Assembly (NCBI GenBank): GCA_963765495.1 | Contig: CAVXWP010000017.1 | Coordinates: forward strand, 32,001 to 96,000 | Direction: 5' to 3' | DNA: 64,000 nucleotides | Source of the DNA: Blastocatellia bacterium | GTDB taxonomy: Bacteria > Acidobacteriota > Blastocatellia > UBA7656 | Shown: piece after piece, positions 61,001 through 64,000 of the stretch | How the letters are laid out: each line of letters begins with the position of its first letter | How positions within the stretch are numbered: position 1 is the first letter of the stretch | Program-made: the position numbers and the translations under genes | The notes under the pieces: generated by a model | What the model was told of the DNA's origin: nothing | The model's database searches: none | Seen by the model: the letters and a program-made list of their open reading frames with translations, nothing else

Positions 61001-62265
61001 GTCCGAGCCCGATCACAACCAGTAACGATACGGGGCAATGCTCGGCGGTTGTGACGTTTGCCGACCCGACTGTGAGCGATAACTGCCCCGGAGTCGGAAC
61101 GCCGACGTGCAATCCGCCCTCGGGAACGGCCTTCCCCGTAGGGACAACCACCGTCACCTGCTCGGTGCAGGATGCGGCTGGCAATACGGGTAACTGCTCG
61201 TTCACCGTCACTGTAAACGAGACGGAACCGCCTACGATCACATGCCCCGCTCCGATCATGGTTAATAATGATCCAAATCAATGCGGCGCGGTGGTCAACT
61301 TCACTCCGACTGTAACCGATAACTGCCCCGGAGCGACGGCTACTTGTAAACCCGCCTCGGGCTCATTCTTCCCAATCGGCGTGACTACGGTCAGCTGTAC
61401 GCCCGTTGATGCGGCTGGCAATACGGGTACCCCGTGCAGTTTCACCGTCACGGTTGTGGATAATCAGCCGCCTGTAGTTACGTGTCCTGCTCCGATCACG
61501 GTCAATAATGCTCCTGATCAGTGCGGGGCAACGGTCAATTACGTTGTGACCGTAACCGATAACTGTCCGGGGGCGACTGTTGTCTGTGTGCCTGCATCGG
61601 GCAGTTTCTTCCCCGTAGGCACAACGACTGTCAATTGCATGGGGATGGATGCTGCGGGCAACACCGCTACATGTTCGTTCACCGTCACAGTCTTAGATGT
61701 TCAACCGCCTACGATCATCTGCCCGGACGACATCCTCATTACCACGGTCAATCCCGGTGATCCGCGAGTGGTTGTGAATTACCCGCCGCCGGTAACTGCC
61801 GATAACTGCGGAGTGGCAAGCGTTGTTTGCAATCCGCCTTCGGGAAGCGAGTTCCCGCTCGGGTCAACCACGGTCGTCTGTACGGTGACGGATACATCTG
61901 GAAATACCGCTACGTGTAGTTTCACAGTCACGGTCTTCGACGTATGTTTGCAGGACCAGACGAACGGGAACTTCATCGTATTCAACTCTCAGACAGGAGA
62001 TTATCTGTTTGTGAGATGCAGCGACGGGTTCCAGATATCCGGGAGAGGAACCATCACCAGGCCGAACGGGTGTACGATCACGCTGACACACAATCTGGGC
62101 ACCCAGTTTGTGAACGCGACCGTAAACACGTGTACGCATAAGGGATCGGCTACATACACGGTAGTAGTGAAAAACCGGTTAACTGTAAGCTCGATCAATG
62201 ATCCAGACACTACAAACAGCACGTGTAGCTGCCCGACAACGGCACCATCGGGATCAAACCTCTAA
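58027..62265 (+). CDS. 1412-aa secreted protein: 3 proprotein-convertase-P-like domains, about 8 HYR domains, Cys-rich C-terminal domain
   Basis: Three copies of PYPS.I.VSGL..KVTVTL...D.D.LLVGP...NGTWSLYVVDD; repeated CxPPSGSxFPVGTTTVTC. Confidence 0.88.
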   Translation: MKISTVGRGLIIGLVLIMVSLIGLSTHAWMGSASSIPQDISESSLAVIQSRDALDRAIAFEQTHPGPDSVRATTEAFRSYKIAVENRSAEIRTTQADIERDVSGARAAQARLNSLENEYNELQKSLSSYYEKLRATHPSLEFQISPAVPGTVFTGGAITINASASPPTAASPYPSTINVSGLTGTINKVTVTLTNFSTTFPDNIDMLLVGPTGVNGIIMSDAGGNSCANCPVTLVLDDTAASPLPNNGPPLDVGLSSGTFQSSNWNSGDVFASPAPAPTNNTQSFGTALAGFNGTDPNGTWSLYVVHDGTSITGTIDSWSLDIDSGAGPCSITCPTNVTVAKNANFCGAVVTYPDPTTTGACGAIVCSPPSGSYFPVGTTTVTCTEQVTSGATCSFTVTVMGACGAGEGCNNVPITINTGGTPPTVATPYPSDIGISGLTGQVVSKVTVTLANFSHDFPDDVDILLVGPGGQEATIMSDVGGNNAISSSAPITLTLDDAAALSLPDSTTLSTGTFKPTNIQPGGVGDTFPSPAPTPSGGSALSVFNGTDPNGTWSLYVVDDGAAFSGQLAAGWCITITTTTPTPCMLTCPTDVTQAKDANFCGAIVTYPAPTTTGTCGTIVCSPPSGSYFPVGTTTVTCSDSGTSGQTCTFTVTVTGTCPDGQICNNTSITINTGSPPTAATPYPSDIAVSGLAGVVGKVTVTLANFSHDFPDDVDILLVGPGGQEATIMSDVGGNNAISSGAPITLTLDDAAASSLPDSTMLSSGTFKPTNIQPGGVGDTFPSPAPTPSGASALSVFNGTDPNGTWSLYVVDDGAASAGLISGGWCLNITLVCGITCPADITVGNDTGQCGAVVTFAPTTTGPCGTITCTPPSGSFFPVGTTTVTCANAGGTPSCSFTITVNDTEAPVVTCPADITTGNDTGQCSAVVNFMVTANDNCDGAITPVCTPPSGSTFPVGTTTVTCTAMDTASNSGSCSFTVTVNDTELPTITCPSPITTSNDTGQCSAVVTFADPTVSDNCPGVGTPTCNPPSGTAFPVGTTTVTCSVQDAAGNTGNCSFTVTVNETEPPTITCPAPIMVNNDPNQCGAVVNFTPTVTDNCPGATATCKPASGSFFPIGVTTVSCTPVDAAGNTGTPCSFTVTVVDNQPPVVTCPAPITVNNAPDQCGATVNYVVTVTDNCPGATVVCVPASGSFFPVGTTTVNCMGMDAAGNTATCSFTVTVLDVQPPTIICPDDILITTVNPGDPRVVVNYPPPVTADNCGVASVVCNPPSGSEFPLGSTTVVCTVTDTSGNTATCSFTVTVFDVCLQDQTNGNFIVFNSQTGDYLFVRCSDGFQISGRGTITRPNGCTITLTHNLGTQFVNATVNTCTHKGSATYTVVVKNRLTVSSINDPDTTNSTCSCPTTAPSGSNL

Positions 62266-62292
62266 GCGAGATACATCCCTCTTAGCAATTTC

Positions 62293-62327
62293 AAAGGGCC
62301 GGTGGCATCAGACCACCGGCCCTTTTT
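62293..62327 (+). terminator. Intrinsic terminator
   Basis: GGGCCGGTGG-catcaga-CCACCGGCCC-TTTTT. Confidence 0.85.
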
Positions 62328-62360
62328 ATCATTCGGGGAAGAGAGGGTTGAACTCTCGGG

Positions 62361-62468
62361 GATTTGAGATTTGAGATTCAGACAAGGTTCCGAAGGAAAC
62401 CACGAATTACACGAATATTCACGAATTTCCACCAATTGTTAGTGGTTATTTGTGCAAATTCGTGGCTA
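62361..62468. repeat. TTTGAGA heptamer arm followed by a CACGAATT 9-nt-period palindrome
   Basis: GATTTGAGATTTGAGATTCAG; then CCACGAATTACACGAATATTCACGAATTT...AAATTCGTGG. Confidence 0.65.
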
Positions 62469-62537
62469 ATACAAAATCTCTTCAGATAGGACGATAATGA
62501 TCACATAGCCCCATAATTTGAGTGGGAGGCCTGCTTT

Positions 62538-62639
62538 AATAGGCCGGGACGGACGCGGATGCGGCGGATTTTCGCGGATCTGACCCAATTAGGTTTAATC
62601 CGCGTGAATCCGCCTGATCCGCGTCCGTCCCGGCCTATT
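62538..62639. repeat. 102-bp GCGGAT-family hairpin element
   Basis: AATAGGCCGGGACGGACGCGGAT...ATCCGCGTCCGTCCCGGCCTATT. Confidence 0.85.
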
Positions 62640-62740
62640 TCAAGCAATCTAACCTGCATGTTGAAAATCCTTGTGATTTTACGAATTCGAGTGTCAAACC
62701 TCATCATCTGAATAGATTTCGATCCGGTTTCCATGACTAC

Positions 62741-62778
62741 AAAAACAGGGCCGACTGCTTGCAGGCAATCGGCCCTTT
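62741..62778 (-). terminator. Intrinsic terminator
   Basis: Minus strand AGGGCCGATTGC-CTGCAA-GCAGTCGGCCCT-GTTTTT. Confidence 0.8.
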
Positions 62779-62829
62779 GATTTTACCGCCTGATGTTTCA
62801 GGCAGGCTTTTACTCCTCTTTGCCCGCTC

Positions 62830-64000
62830 CTATGGAGCAGGAGCCGTGCAGTTGCAAGAGTTATTTGCGATATTACTGTCTCTGAAATTGCACAGCGTTG
62901 TCCCCACTGGCATCTGCAATGATGCCGATCCCGTGATCGGTTGGTTTACATTTAGCGGCGGCGTTACCTGTATCACCACTTTCCTTGTTGAGGTGGTGTG
63001 AGTGATAGTGATGAATCCGCCCGGCTTCTTCGTTACTACTCCGGTCCCTATCACCTTTGTAGCTCCGCAACAGAAGATGTAGTCACCTGTGAATGAGTTT
63101 GCCACCACTGCATTTGCAGGGTTCGTATCATCCTGTATGCAGATGTCATAGACCGTCACCGTAAACGTGCAGGTGGCGATGTTTCCTGATCCGTCTCTTG
63201 CCGTGCAGGTAACAACGGTCGTCCCTCGCGGGAAGGTCGTCCCTGAGGCGGGCGAGCAGGTCACCGTCACAGGCGTCGAGCAGTTGTCTGTAGCAACCGG
63301 CGTGGGATAAGTGACCACAGCGCCGCCCGAATTCGGATTCGGTGTAACGGCTGTGATGTTGGCCGGGCAGGTGATCGAAGGCGGCTGAGCGTCTTTGACC
63401 GTCACGATGAACTTGCAACTGGACGAATTGCCCGATGCATCGGTAGCCGTGCAGTTTACAACGGTGTTTCCGAGCGGGAAGCTCGTGCTCGAAGCCGGAG
63501 TGCAGGTTACGGTCACACCCGGACAGTTATCCGAAGCTGTAGGAGCAGGGTAATTGACTACGGCAGAGCACATATTCGGGCCCGCATCGACTATCTGCTT
63601 GCTCGGGCATGTGATCGAAGGCGGCTGCGTGTCGTTTACCGTGACGGTGAACGAGCAACTTGCTGGACCTCCCTTACCCGATGGCACACCTATATCACCG
63701 CCGCTATCGGCCGTACAGGTTACTGTGGTTGTGCCTACGGGGAAGAAGCTGCCCGAGGCCGGGCTGCAAATAATGTTTGTGCAATCGCCTTCTGTCTCCG
63801 GGGCCGGATAATTGACAACCGCGCCGCACTGGTTGGGATCGTTGTCAGTGACTATATCCTCCGGGCATTCCAGTTCGCAGCCGCCGCCGCCCGCAACGCA
63901 TCCCGTAACCGAAACATCATCAATCGCCATACCGCCGAACTGAACGCTGCTATCGCTATCGAGGTGGAAACGTACTTCAATGTTCAGGCCCGCAAACTGA
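62830..64000 (-). CDS. HYR-domain surface protein, C-terminal part; the 5' end lies beyond the window
   Basis: The frame stays open to the window edge (QFAGLNIEVRFHLDSDSSVQFGGMAIDDV, a jelly-roll-like domain end). Three HYR domains and the same Cys-rich C-terminal domain as the 58027 protein follow. Confidence 0.85.
   Translation of the reverse strand, partial: QFAGLNIEVRFHLDSDSSVQFGGMAIDDVSVTGCVAGGGGCELECPEDIVTDNDPNQCGAVVNYPAPETEGDCTNIICSPASGSFFPVGTTTVTCTADSGGDIGVPSGKGGPASCSFTVTVNDTQPPSITCPSKQIVDAGPNMCSAVVNYPAPTASDNCPGVTVTCTPASSTSFPLGNTVVNCTATDASGNSSSCKFIVTVKDAQPPSITCPANITAVTPNPNSGGAVVTYPTPVATDNCSTPVTVTCSPASGTTFPRGTTVVTCTARDGSGNIATCTFTVTVYDICIQDDTNPANAVVANSFTGDYIFCCGATKVIGTGVVTKKPGGFITITHTTSTRKVVIQVTPPLNVNQPITGSASLQMPVGTTLCNFRDSNIANNSCNCTAPAP

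Overview
64-kb bacterial chromosomal segment, gene-dense with moderately high GC. The gene content (acidobacterial VWFA protein, DUF1501/DUF1800 pair, CRTAC1+TPR, Cys-rich HYR surface proteins) suggests Acidobacteriota, probably Blastocatellia-like; this is an inference. About 50 CDS are present: housekeeping genes (kup, citrate synthase, hom, rsmD-coaD, gpmI, rsgA, eno, mqnD, a YchF paralogue, an AmgK/MurU-like pair), envelope and secreted proteins, and three large HYR proteins. I saw no rRNA, tRNA, CRISPR array, integrase or transposase. Main signals beyond the ORF track: (1) More than 20 intergenic cassettes built as [7-nt tandem arm]-[core, mostly 35-85 nt]-[reverse-complement arm], using at least six different heptamers. 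Their cores recur in locally clustered, often inverted copies, and their arms contain the stop codon of about 17 genes. One stop-free cassette sits in-frame (147 bp) inside a HAD hydrolase gene. (2) A second class of 9-nt-period hairpin elements with a compensatory base change. (3) A selenocysteine peroxiredoxin-like gene (WUPFC motif plus SECIS-like hairpin) that the ORF track truncates. (4) A shared Cys-rich C-terminal domain on two HYR proteins. All family calls come from motif recognition only; no database searches were run.
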